Assembly: GCA_033442325.1 (NCBI GenBank)
Contig: JAWQFM010000007.1
Location: forward strand, 931,460 to 995,459
Source: Salpingoeca rosetta
Taxonomy: Eukaryota > Protista > Choanoflagellata
Reading direction: 5' to 3'
DNA: 64,000 nt
Shown here: positions 20,309 through 41,368 of the stretch, piece after piece
Numbering within the stretch: the stretch's first letter is position 1
How the letters are laid out: each line of letters opens with the position of its first letter
The notes under the pieces: generated by a model
What the model was told of the DNA's origin: nothing
What the model saw: only the letters and a program-made list of their open reading frames with translations
Database searches by the model: none
Position numbers and translations under genes: made by a program

Positions 20309-20891
20309 CCACAAGATCACACACACTCATCCACAACCACCGCTTCGGAGCACTCACATCTTGCCGAGCTTGGACGCGGAGTTGCCGGTGACCTGCTCAA
20401 CACGGAGGGATGCAAGCTCTGCCTTGTAGTCATCGAGCTGCAAACATCAAAGAGCGAAAGGACACGTGCGTGCATGTGTGTGCACGTGTGTGAGGGAATG
20501 CATGTGATCTAGCCAAAACACAACGTGACATCAGCACGTGTCACGCTGGGTTGTCTCGCGAGAGGAGTGACGGTGGTCACGGCTTCTGGCAACACCAGCA
20601 TCACCGACGCCAACGCAAACACCAAGAGATCATCGGCTGTTGTTTCCCCTCACTGGCTACACAGGCAGTGGCGTTTGCAACAGCAAACCACCGTCCGTGG
20701 GTGATGTGCAACAAACCAAACCATCTCTGTTCCTCAGCCCTCCTCACGCACGATGTATCCGCATCCACCCCGCCACTTTTCTTCCCCCCCCCTCGTTCGT
20801 CTTTCTTTTCTCTGCTGTCATCGTTCAGTACCTGCTTGAGCATCTCAGCCTTCGTCTTCTGACGAAGCTGCTTCGCCTTAGCCATGGGCAT
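19261..20891 (-). CDS. RPL35: 60S ribosomal protein L35 (uL29); exons 20891-20832, 20437-20358, 20066-19946, 19371-19261
   Basis: MAKAKQLRQKTKAEMLKQ|LDDYKAELASLRVEQVTGNSASKLGKI|KSVRKSVAVVKTVL..KYKPLDLRRKL|TRAMRRRLTKREANAKTARQIKRERAFPKLVYAVKA*, the classic L35 sequence. Confidence 0.96.
19718..19813 (-). ncRNA. Candidate intronic box C/D snoRNA in RPL35 intron 3
   Basis: Box C GTGATGA (19809-19803) and box D CTGA (19725-19722) span 88 nt, with a short terminal stem; the host is a ribosomal protein gene. No target confirmed. Confidence 0.35.
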
Positions 20892-21413
20892 GGTTGTGTG
20901 TTGGGGTTGGTGGTGATATGGGGAGAGGGTGGCTGTCGTCGGTGCTGTCTCCACACAAACAAGAAAAAGGCACACGCGTGAAAACGGGGTTTGCCGCAAG
21001 ATATCACAGAATAAAAAAATCCAGGCAGCGCCACCTTCCTTTGCACCATCACCGCGAAAATTCCAGTTCAAACTTGAAATTTGTACAGTGGTTTACGACA
21101 GCATAAGCTGCTGCTGAACGGCGCCCACCCGAGCCAGCACACATCGTCTTCGTCATCTTCGCCAACGTCAACATCGAGAGAGAGAGATCAAGAAACACCC
21201 ACACCCACCACGCACACTTATCATCCGCATCGCTCACACAAGCAAAGCAAGAACCTACAGCAACCACGAGCAAGCAAACAAGCAGGCAGGCAGGCAGGCA
21301 AACACCACATCTTCTTGCTTTGCTTCACCACCAACAACAGAAACAACAACAGCAACAACAGCAACAATTGAAGAAGAAGTCGCTGCAATCCTTTCCAAGT
21401 TCAGTCAGTCAGC

Positions 21414-24895
<3,482 letters not shown>

Positions 24896-26022
24896 GCCTG
24901 CTGCATTCTTACGTTACACCAAGACCCAAACAGCACGTGACACAGTGGCTGCACGCGCCCACACACCTCATCATCACTCACTCATGCCACCTTGACCTCT
25001 TTTTTTTTCTTCTTCTTTTTCTTGTTTAATTCTACATGCGCGTTCTGTCATTGCAAGCGATGTGTCGCTGATTGTGCACCAACGCCCGCCCGCCCTGTCG
25101 CCCTATCTTCTTTCGTTTCGTTTTTTTTTCTCTTCGCTCTCTCAACATTCGCGCAGTCTGTCCTCTCTGCTCTGCTGAGGGTTTGCACTGCGGTTGTTGT
25201 TCTGCTGGTGCTGGCGCGGTGTTTCACCGATTGATGGCGACTGAGGTTGTGTCATAAGGGGTTACAACATCTTCGCATGGCAGTTGTATTTGTTTCCCAC
25301 AGCCATGTCAAATCTACACTTTGCTCGCTTGTCGCGGCCACATGCACCCCGTTGCCGTTGTTCCAAACGTGTCATCACGCTGTTGTTGCACCAACAGCTC
25401 CCCCCCCCCACATACTCTCTCTGCCTGGTTGCGTCTCTTTGGGGGCTGTTTCACCATCTATGTGACGTTTATTGCACAAAGACAACACTTAAGGCAAGTA
25501 AGCGAGCAAGAAAGCAGATAGGCCGGGGCAACAGATGTGCGTAGTTGTACATGAAAAGAACCAGGCTCGGTGGCGGGGAAGCCAAAACCAAACGAAGCCA
25601 TGATGTGGCAGCGACTGCACAGGAACAGGATGGTGCCCCACTGGTGTAACGGCTGGTGTGGAACAAAGAACCAAAGCTCAAGACAAAAACTGAACAACGG
25701 CATGTTGAATGTCATTGTCATCCTCAAACAAACAAAACAAACAAACGAAAAAAAAAAAACAAACCCCCAAACGCATCAAGGTCTGCCTATCCCTCCTCCC
25801 CTCGCCAACACCCTCCCCTCTTCCCCACTTGCTTGGTACGTTTCGCGCGATGCTCTACAAGCCCTCAGCCCACACGATCCACACAAGCCCTCAGCCCACA
25901 CGATCCACACAACCCACACGTCCACGCATGCATACATTCTCCCCCACATCCAACACCACGGCTCCACCACCACCACGCTGCGTGCTTTGCATCAACTGGT
26001 TGCCTGCAGGCATGCCCCCATT

Positions 26023-27456
26023 TCATAGCAGGTACTTGAATGCCGCGGCGGTGATGACGGCTGCGGCAGCGGAGACAGCGACCAGCTCTGCCCGGCGCCA
26101 GAAGCGCGCTTCCCGCAGCAACTCCTGCTGCTCAGCGTGCAGCTGCTCATAGAGCTGCCGCAGGGCCACCAGTTCCTGCGCCGACAGCTGGGCTGCACTC
26201 GCCACCTGCATCGTGCTCTGCGGCTGCATGGCTGCCAGTGTGTTGGGGGCGGCGCCCGTGGTGTGGAAGCCGTGGTGTGGCTGGTGGTGGTGCTGGTCCC
26301 GCTGTGCATCGTAGTGCGCGTGCTGTGTAACAGCGGCTGATGCTTGCGGTGGCGGTGCGGCGCTGCTGGCGAGGGGCGCCTTGCGCTTCGTTGGTGTCGC
26401 CCTCTTGGCCACGGGCGGCTTGGGCGACGGAAAGTCCAGCGGCGAGTTCACGTGCGGGTAACCGGGCGACGTTGGCGCGAGGGCTGCCGACCGCGGCTCA
26501 ATGACAATGCTTGCAGGCACGGTGGTGGCGCCGCTGCATGCGCTTGTGGTGGTGGACACGGGCGTTGCGCTGGACGGCGCGCTGTCGGAGTCCTCCCGCT
26601 CCTCGCAGATGGTCTCGAAGGGCGTGGACACGGAGGCGCGGCGGCGGCGGCGCAGCTCGGGACTGCGCGTGTCGCGGGCACCGCCGCCGCCGTGTGTCGG
26701 CGAGCGTGTTGGAGAGCGCGAAGGCGACTGCGCCTCGTCCATCGGTGCAAATGTAAACTGCTGCTCCAGAAGGAAGGTGGGCACGCTTCTGGGTGACGCA
26801 GCGGCGTCGTCCGCGTACTCCTCGTCATCTGCCTGGCCTGCGCAATCCTGCTGCTCCATCTGCTGGTGCTCCATCTGCTGGTGGTGCTGTTGGTGCTGGT
26901 GTGCTGCCGCGCGCTCGACGGCGGGGCGCGTGCACTTTGCGGAGACGGCGGAGGCGGCGATGGACGACTCCGCCACGATGGGCGCCACGCTCTGGCGGCG
27001 GCTGGCCGACCGCATCACGTACATGGCAACCTCGTCGTCGTCCACGGGAATGTCATCGTCGCCCTCTGCATCTGGCATGCCGGACGGGCGGCGCGATGCC
27101 GGCCCTTGTGGGATCGGGCATTGTGGGCGACCCGAGTTTGACTCCAGCGTGCTCGAGTACGCCAGGTAGTCTGCCATGCTCTGTAGGAAGGAAGAGCGGC
27201 GGCGGTGTGCGCCAGACCGCTGCTCCGTCTCGTAGCCGGCCTTGCTCGGGCTCATCGCGCGCAGGTCATCACCAGCCCAAATGTTCTGGCCAAGCATGGA
27301 GATGAGGGACCCTTTCTTTCCGAGCGTGGTGGACCCCTCAGCACCGCTTTGTGATGCGCGCTTGGTCTGCCCGCGGTCCGAGCCCGCCAGCTCTTGCTCG
27401 TCAGAGCATGTGTTCAGCATGGCCTCGCGGCTCGGGCGCGAAGGAACAGAGTCCAT
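26023..27456 (-). CDS. Intronless 477-aa disordered protein with a C-terminal coiled coil and hydrophobic tail (putative tail-anchored protein)
   Basis: Uninterrupted ATG-to-stop ORF with GC-rich codon-like composition and no microsatellites; ends QELVALRQLYEQLHAEQQELLREARFWRRAELVAVSAAAAVITAAAFKYLL*. Confidence 0.8.
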   Translation of the reverse strand: MDSVPSRPSREAMLNTCSDEQELAGSDRGQTKRASQSGAEGSTTLGKKGSLISMLGQNIWAGDDLRAMSPSKAGYETEQRSGAHRRRSSFLQSMADYLAYSSTLESNSGRPQCPIPQGPASRRPSGMPDAEGDDDIPVDDDEVAMYVMRSASRRQSVAPIVAESSIAASAVSAKCTRPAVERAAAHQHQQHHQQMEHQQMEQQDCAGQADDEEYADDAAASPRSVPTFLLEQQFTFAPMDEAQSPSRSPTRSPTHGGGGARDTRSPELRRRRRASVSTPFETICEEREDSDSAPSSATPVSTTTSACSGATTVPASIVIEPRSAALAPTSPGYPHVNSPLDFPSPKPPVAKRATPTKRKAPLASSAAPPPQASAAVTQHAHYDAQRDQHHHQPHHGFHTTGAAPNTLAAMQPQSTMQVASAAQLSAQELVALRQLYEQLHAEQQELLREARFWRRAELVAVSAAAAVITAAAFKYLL

Positions 27457-28192
27457 CTTGTCTGTTTGCTGTTCAGTCGGAGACGTGAAAAAAGGAAACG
27501 GAAGAGGAGAGAGAGCAGAGGGGAGGGGGAGGGTGTTGCTCAGGGCTCACGAGGAAAGGAGAGTGACCAGGCTCACAGATGAAGGTTCGAAGGTCAACTC
27601 GAACAACGATAGATGTTGTGGTTTTGGACGATTGACTTCTGTGGTTGTCGTTCGGGTAAGGAGGGAAATGGGTGTTGCTTGTTGAGGTTGATGATGGGTG
27701 TGGGATAATGAATGGGGTGTGGGGACAGGTCAGTCAGTCAGTCAGGTCAGTCGGTTGGCTGGTTTGGCTTGCTGGTTGGTTGGTGATTGGCTGTGTGCAC
27801 AAGATCGCTGGCTGGCGGTGGCTGTGGTTGTTGGCATTGCATGCCTTTGGGTTGGCTGAGGGAATGCGGAATTTGGCCTGACCATCTCGACTGTTGCGCA
27901 GCGTTGCGTTGCAGCTCCTCATCGCCACTAATGAAATTCACCCCAAGATACCAGCAAATCGCCAACACTTGACGGCGCGACACACGACATACAAAAATAC
28001 AGACAGGCAACAACGGCAGCTCAGTTTGTTTGTGTTGAGTGTGAGCGAGTGCGAGTGGAACAGTCGAAGTGTGAGCTGAGCCAAGCGAGGTCTGTGAGCG
28101 TGCACACGAGGATTGGGACCGCAGCTGCACGCAGCACGCACGTGGTGGTTGTGGTGAAGGTCTTTCGCACGGCGTCTTGAGCACAGCCGACG

Positions 28193-33464
<5,272 letters not shown>

Positions 33465-34046
33465 CATTCTCCCCATCCCTTACAACTCACCCCAAAATGG
33501 CCAACACAACCATGCACACAACACATTTCCAGCCCCCAAAACCCGGAAAACCATGACGCAATCAAGGCGCCAAGGGAAAGAAGGCAAGCAAGGCAGTGTG
33601 CAAGCCTGAATGCACGCACACACACACACGCAGCAAACACAAACGCAGCAAATGCAACTCAAACCACACACTGTTAATCGCACAGCAAAGACACACACAC
33701 ACACACACACATGCACGTTGCGCATCAGGTTCGCGCGTTCTATGTTCAAGTGCCAGCTCAACAAGACCATAAACAACACAAACGCTTAACGTGCACGTGC
33801 ACTCGTGTGTTAAAAGCGGATGAATGCCCATAATTGGTGTGGTAACGAATTAGACTGAAGCATCAAGTCATCTCCATGCCATCGTTAAGTACCAAAACGC
33901 CCACGCCGTGATGTTACACGATGCAAACGCAAGGCATCTGCCATCAAGGCGTGGCATGTTATGGCGTGGTGCACCATGTCACATCACGTCATGCCATCCC
34001 CCCTCCAAAACAAAAATAATTGTTGCCACCTCCTTGCAGGCCGCCA

Positions 34047-36161
34047 TCAGTGCAGGGTGCTGCGAAGTGCTGCGTTCTGCAAGTGCTTGTGGCTCCGCTT
34101 CACCAACGACGCTGTTCGCACGCGCCCCACCGCCGCTGCTGTCGCTGCTGACGATGTCGATGATGATGCCGTTGAGCCGGCGCGTGATCGTGCTGGCGAC
34201 GACGCAACACCGTGCCCGCGCACAACCCGACCACCGCCACTGCTACCGCCACTGCCGCTGCCAGCAGCAGTACGTGCACGTGTTGACGCGCGGGCCGAGG
34301 CCGAGGTTGGTGTTGGTGGTGTTGGCCGTCCACGCGATGGCGTGACTGTCACCACAGGCCGTGTCTTGGAAGGCGTTGTTGTTGCTGTTTTGGTTGACGT
34401 CGTTGCCGTTTTGGTCGATGCTGCTCTCCCAGTGGATGTCGCTGTGCGTCGCACGCCCGCACCACCACCTCTGGTTGTGGCAGCTGTCTTTGTCTTTGAT
34501 GCGCCTGCGGCCTTGGTGACCGTTGGTGCCGCTGCTGTTGGTGCTGACGTCTTGCCGAATGCAACGGGCGACGCCGGCGACGAGAGCGAGGACGGCGGTG
34601 TCGCAACGTGGGCTGCATCATCGGTTGCGCGGCGCGGGGCACGGCGCGGTGTTGCTGGCGACGACGATGTTGATGATACGAGCACCGTTGAAGATGAAGT
34701 TGATCGCTTCACCCTGCGCACCTCACTGGTCGCCGCTGCCACGGGCGGCGACGAAGACACTTTGCTGCGCGCACCCTTTGCACCGGCCGTTCGGCGTGTC
34801 GGCGTGCTCTTGCGCCCACCACGACCACCCCCACCACTGCTGCTCTGGGGGCGCTGTGGCGTCGAGCTTCGGCTGCGTCCGCTCCGGCTGGCGCTTGTTC
34901 TCGACCGCGACTTGTGCTCGCGCGGCGATGGTGATGATGAGACGCGCGGCGATGATGCTGGGGACGCCTTTGCTCGCGTCTTGCTCGGCTTCTGTTTGCC
35001 GCGTGAAGGCGATGCACGCTTGCGAGACGGGGACGATGTTGGCGATGTTGGCGACGACGGGGACACGGATCGCGCCGATGCGGGCCGCTGTTGACGCCGG
35101 GGACTCCGCTGTGCAGCGGCCTCAAGCTTCTCGCGCAGGCCACGGCTGGACGGTGGTGTTGTGGTGGGTGTGGTTGTATGAAGGAGTGCGTGCGTGTGTG
35201 TGTGCGTGCGTGCGTGCGTGTGTGTGTGAGTGAGTGAGTGAGTGAGTGTGTGTGTGTGGGCGAGTGAGTGTGTGTGAGTGTGTGTGTGGGCGAGTGAGTG
35301 AGTGAGTGAGTGAGTGAGTGAGTGAGTGAGTGAGTGAGTGAGTGAGTGAGTGAACCAACAAGTGGCTGATTCAATGAACACCAGGAATTCACGATCACAT
35401 GCTGCGCGTTCGAGTTATTGACAAACTTACTTTTCCTTCAGTGCATCGGCAAGCTGCTGGTGCAATTCCTCAATCTCCTTCAGTTGGCTGTCGTGCAGGC
35501 GCTCGTACTCGATCGTGCGCGTGTGCAAAGCCGACATTGTTGCCGCCATGTTCTTGCTTGCAAGCACTTCGTTCGACAGCATCGCCTGCACACATTCAGC
35601 AGCCGCGCTCAAACGTTAGACTGCGTCTTCAGGGAGGGCAAGGACATGTACACACCTGCACGAACACACACAGGCACAGACACAGGCACGTGCAACACAG
35701 CATGCAGCCAGTGGACCTTTGTTTCGGTGAGGACGAGGTTGAGTCTTCGCTCACGCTCGGTCACGGCGCTCTTGTATTCGCCAAACGCCGCTTGCAGTTG
35801 CCTGTGGGATGCGGGGCATGGAGGCATGGAGGCATGGGCGAAATGAGTGGCGGGAGAACAAAAAAGGCGCGATATCATCAAGTCAAACAAGGAAAGTGCA
35901 AATACAACACAACACACAATACAACACAACACACAATACAACACAACACAACACGCACACAATACACGCGCGCAAAGTTGTGCCCATCATGCACCTGAGC
36001 TGATCCTGCGCATCTTCAAGGCGACGCCTGTAATCATCATTGTCACGCTTCAACGTGTCAAGTGTTGCTGCTGCTGCTTCGTCACTCTCAACGCCATTGG
36101 TGGTTGCAGAAGGTGCGCTGCTCACTACGTTTGTCGTCAGCAGCCTTGTTGACTCTTGTCG

Positions 36162-36201
<40 letters not shown>

Positions 36202-39200
36202 GGTGGTGGTGGTGGTGGTGGTTGTTGTTGTTGTTGTGATGCGTCTGGGAGCCTCTGGTTGAGTGTTGCCTGTTGCGCGGCAGCTGGCTCATCGTTTGTT
36301 GCTGTCGAAACCTCCTCACGACCAGGAGCCGTTGCGTCACGCAAAGTATTCACATTGCCGTCGTCCTCAGCACCACTGCGCTCGCCTTCCTGTAGTCTCT
36401 GCTCAGGAATGGCCTCCAGCACAGCACCGCCAGTGCCGTATTTGTTGCCGCCGTCCACGCTATCTCCCGTCATCTGCTTCTCGTCATCATCTTGAGGCGA
36501 GACAGCCATCATTGCTGTCACTGCCGATCGTGTTGATGGCGGTGGTGGTGTTGTTCCTGGTTCAACACCACCGGCCACACGTGTTGCTTCGCGCTTCAAC
36601 TTTGTCGCTGGTGACGTCGCTGTTGTCATTGTTGCCGTGGGTGCACGAGGCGATGTGCGTGCATGCAATCGCGGTGATATTCTTCCATCTCCATCACCAC
36701 GACCACCATCGCGACCACCATGACACTCGCCTTCACCACCATCCGTCCCTGTCCCCAGTCGCTTCTCACTGCCGCGCTGCGAGCTCGTGCGCGAGAGAAT
36801 AGAGTCTTCACTGCCGGAAGCGCTTCTGCTCTCAAACACAGCAATGGCCTTCAGGACGGCGCCCTTCGTCTGGTCGGGGAACGATGCGCTCACTCGCCTG
36901 CGGCCCTGCTGTTGCTGTTTGTCCCGCTGCTGCTGCTCCCTCTGCTCTCGCTGCCGGCGCCGCTGATATGCCCGCCCCTCAAGCAGCGGCGAGGTCGCCT
37001 GCATGGTGTGCAGTGTTTGTGTGCATGTGCGTGTGTTTGTGTTTGTGGTTGTACGTATGTGTGTTGTGATGCGGTGTTTGTGTGCGTGTACGTGTACGTG
37101 TACGTGTACGTGTAGCAAGATGTGTGAGTTGCTGTTGGCCGCTGTTCAACGCCTCAAACCAGATAACAGTTGAGCCAGTGACCAATGCATCACAAACAGA
37201 GCACAACAAAACAACCACACAGTTGATGCAAACCCCATTACACACATACGCGAGCAAGGTGTGCCCACCTTCACGCCAGCAAAGCCCGAGAGGCGCTGCC
37301 GCTCCTGCCAGCGATCGTGCGTGCTCAGCTCGCGCTTGTCCTGGTGCTGCGAGCGCGTGATGTATGTGCGACGCGGGGCCGGCCCAAGGTTCGCCGTCAC
37401 CACGTCCTGCACCTCTTTGGACATCTTGCGCAGTTGCGCCTCGGCACGTGCGCTCAGCGGCGTGTCGCGCCCAGCAGCGTGCACAGACGTCGGTGATGGC
37501 GGTGCCATCATGGCTGGTGACGGCGAGCGGGCAGTGGGGCGACTGCGAACAGCGGTGCGCCCGCCCGAGCGATCAAATCGAGACAGCGGGGCAGATGGTG
37601 CCGTCTTGGATTGCACTGCCGATGCGGCTGTTTTCTCATCTGCCGATGAAGTCTCGGTCGTCGGTGCGGGCGAAGTGCTTGTGACTGTGGCCGTCGCTGA
37701 TGGGGATGACGTGTTCTCCGGTGGTGGTGCTGCTGTTCTCATCAGCGGTTGCGTCGTCGTGTCCTCGTCCGGAGCAATCGAGGACGGTGATAGCGCAAGA
37801 GACAGCGGCGGTGGCGGTGCGCGTTGCAGTTCTGCATGCACGTCCTCCACAAACACGTCGTCATCACTGGTGCCATCGTCACCAGCAGTCGTGTTCGTGG
37901 TCGCGTTCATGCCACTCCCAGCGGTCACTGTGGTGTCGAGCGCGCTGGGTGTTGTGGCGTCCACACGACCCACGGCACGGCTGAAGCTTGGGGTCGGGGT
38001 TGCATCTGCGGATTTGTTGTTGGGGTGAGAGGCTGCCTTGTCTGCTGGTGTTGGCGTCACCACATCCTCGGAAACAATAGCGGCGAGTGCGCTATCTTCT
38101 TCATCATGTGCAGTGTTGTCAGTGGTGCTGTCGGTGGTGCTGTTGGATGTGTCAGCGCCTGCATGAGCAGCGCCATCATCCACACAACTGCCCTGCACTG
38201 CCTTATCGCTACCATCATGGTGTTCTTTGGTCTTACTGCCCTCTCCGTGTTGAGTGAGCACCGCCTTCCCTCCTCGCTCACTTGCCGCTGCATCAGCACC
38301 AGATCCCAAGTGTTGTTGTTGTTGTTGTTGTTGTTGTTGCTGCTGCTGTGCCTGCAAGTCTACTCTTTGCGTGGCTGCTGCGACTGTTGGTGTTGCGTCG
38401 TGGCCAGCCATCACGTGTGACGTGGCATCGCTCCCAAGAATATCAGCAACTGTCACATCATCACCACCATCACCGCTGCCCGCAAGAGCCGGCATGGGAG
38501 CGCTTGCAGCGGACAAGCGCTGTGCATCTGGCCGTTTCCTGAACGACGCCCGCAGTGTGCGTGCCTTTGTCGACAGACTCGACACCAGCGTCTGCACCAT
38601 AAGGGGTAAGGTGTTTGCGCGGGTAGAGGGTGAGGACGTGCATGTGCGTGCGTGTGTGTGTGTGTCTGGGTGAGTGGAAGTGTGCAAGTGTGTGTGTGTT
38701 CTTGTGTTCTTTCTTGTGTTGCTGTGCTTGTGTCGCCGCTCGTGTGTTCTCACCCGCATCTTCGCGTCGTCCTCATGCACAAGATCCATCAGCGTCTCTC
38801 CAATGTTCGTCTAGCGTGACAACAGAACACACGTCGACATGTGCACACGCATACACTCGTGTCAGCGCAGAGGCATACATGTATATGCATGAAACGCCAC
38901 AGCCACACCAATGGCAAGGAAGGCGTGTACCCACGCAGACACGCACATGCACGCACGCACACACACACAGAGGCAAGCGCAATCTCACAACTGAACACAA
39001 GTAAGCAGACACACACACACATACACACAGAGGCAAGCGCAATCTCACAGCTGAACACAAGTAAGTAGACACACACACACACACACACACACACGCCACC
39101 CAGTATCATCACCTTTGCGTGGATATCGGCGCCTGCGCTGACGAGGGAGAGGACGGCATCGACGTTGCCCCAGACAACAGCAACGTGCAGTGGAGTCATG

Positions 39201-40617
39201 CCATCTTCATCAACAACATTAACGTCGGCATCGTTGTTGAGAAGATACTCCACCACGTCGTTGTATCCGTGGCACGTGGCAACATGGAGCATGGTGGCAC
39301 CGCGAGCGCCAGATGCGTTGAGTTGTTCCTCCACATCGGTGCCCTCGCCCCCACGCACAATGCGCTGTGCGTCGCTCAGCAGCTGCAGGCGCTGTCTGCT
39401 CTTGATCTCCGCCAGTGTGGCCATGCTGATGCCTGCGCGGGTAGGTAATGGAGATTGTCAAAACAGTCAAGTGAGCAGCACAACACACACAGAGCATCCC
39501 CACGCCCCCACACGCACACATGTATTTGCAAGTATGCGAACACATGCCAACACGTGAAAACCCACCCACCCACCCACACGCGCACACACGCACGCACGCA
39601 CACACACACACACACACACAACACACACACAACACACACACACACAACACACACACACACACGTACGCACACACACACACACACGTACGCACACACACAC
39701 ACACGCGCGCGCGCGCACCTCGTTGTACTGCAGCTTGCTGGAAGAGCGTGAGCAGCTCTTGTCGTGTCCTGTCGTCAACGTTTGCAGTCTCGGCACAGTC
39801 CATGGCTGTTTCGTTGTCCACGTTGAGCAGGGTGAGACTTGCACCTCGCTGCAGCAGCAGTCTGTCACAGCAGCAGTAGCACAAGTACATGTGACTGTGA
39901 GCTGTTACACGCACGGTCAGAAACACTAGCAGAGCAGAGGACACCAGCATCACGCCATGGAATATCCTCCCGCAAACAGAGTGCAGGCTTCACGTCAGGG
40001 TACGCATGGAGAACGCAGACGCATGAGAGTACAGGCAGGCAGACAGGCAGACAGGCAGACACACAGACACGCTTATACATCCACAAGTACGCACACACGC
40101 TTATACATACACAAGTACGCACACATGCTTATACAGTCACAAACACGCACACACGCTTATACAGTCACAAACACGCATACTCATGCACACAGGCGGCGAC
40201 GGACCTGCAAGCATCCACTTGACCGTTTGATGCGGCGCCGTGGAGGGGCGTCCAGGCCTCGTTGTCCTTGATGTCGATACTCGCGCCAGCGTCGAGGAGG
40301 AGAGCGATGAGATCGACCCTGTTATCAATGGCTGCTTGGTGCAGCGGCCTCAGCCCGTCATGGTTGCCGGCATCGGGATCTGCACCGTCCGCCAACAGCG
40401 CTCTGAGCTCCTCCGTGTCGCCGTCTGTGGCTGCAGCCAGCAGCGCCACGTCCAAGGGAAACACAACCCGCTTCTTGTGTCTGTTCTTGTGTTTTGCGCT
40501 GGTATGTTGTGCCTCTGTCTCTGCTGGCAGCACCAAGAGGCCATTGTCGTCCGAGGCGTGACCGCTGCTGCTTTCGGTCCTGCCACTTGCAGCCTTCAGC
40601 ACGCTGTCCCCCTGCAT
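34047..40617 (-). CDS. Ankyrin-repeat PP1 regulatory subunit, MYPT/PPP1R12-like, with long low-complexity and coiled-coil C-terminal regions (about 9 exons)
   Basis: KKRVVF (RVxF) directly before ankyrin repeats NHDGLRPLHQAAID..EAWTPLHGAASNG..GATMLHVATCHGY..DGMTPLHVAVVWG, the MYPT-family layout. Downstream exons join in frame to a coiled coil (LKRDNDDYRRRLEDAQDQLR|QLQ..) and a basic S/T/R tail. Confidence 0.82.
38961..39080 (+). repeat. 60-bp tandem duplication inside an intron of the MYPT-like gene
   Basis: acacacagaggcaagcgcaatctcacaRctgaacacaagtaagYagac occurs twice with a 60-bp period. Confidence 0.9.
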
Positions 40618-40717
40618 CTTGGCTGAGCTCGCCACAGTGCTCTTCTTGTTTCTGCGTTTCAGCGATCACCAGCGCAGCACTTGCTCACAGTCTCTTCTTT
40701 TTCCCTTCACGTCCCTG

Positions 40718-40753
<36 letters not shown>

Positions 40754-41086
40754 TCTATCTCTCTGTCTCTCTGTCTCTCTGTCTCTCTGTCTTGCTCGCT
40801 GGCTGGCTGGTTGGCTGGCTGGCTGTCTGTTTGCCTTCTTCACTTCTTCTTGGTTGCGGAAAAAAAAAGCTGGTCTTCCAAAAAAACGGTTGGTGGCGAT
40901 TGTATGGGCGGCCGTCGAATTTGGCACAAATTTGCCATTTGTACAAGATATCCACCAATCCTCCACACCACACGTGTAGTGCAGCCATCGTTGTGTTCAC
41001 TCTCTCGCTCACTCACCACTGCAAGCAAACGCACGTTGCGCCTCTTCCATCAGCACAGTACAACAACAACACAGCCAGTTGTCACC

Positions 41087-41246
41087 ATGATGTTCTGGGG
41101 TCTCGTGGTGTCACCTCACAAGGTACGTGCATGTACGTGTACGCGTGTGTGTGTGTGTGCGTGTGTGCGCTTGTAGAACTCGCCTTGCTCAAAAAGCAGC
41201 GCACCCACTGCTCAGCCACTGTTTTCGCGCGCTTGTTGTTTCGTCT

Positions 41247-41332
<86 letters not shown>

Positions 41333-41337
41333 ACAAA

Positions 41338-41368
<31 letters not shown>

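Noticed and set aside
33961-35094. 377-aa plus-strand ORF
   Set aside because: Antisense shadow of the GC-rich, low-complexity last exon of the MYPT-like gene; no independent motifs.
38961-39080. 60-bp direct repeat, and others at about 25856-25912 and 40066-40172, as CRISPR-like or LTR elements
   Set aside because: Only 2-5 adjacent copies, no unique spacers, no cas or transposase genes; consistent with slippage duplication.
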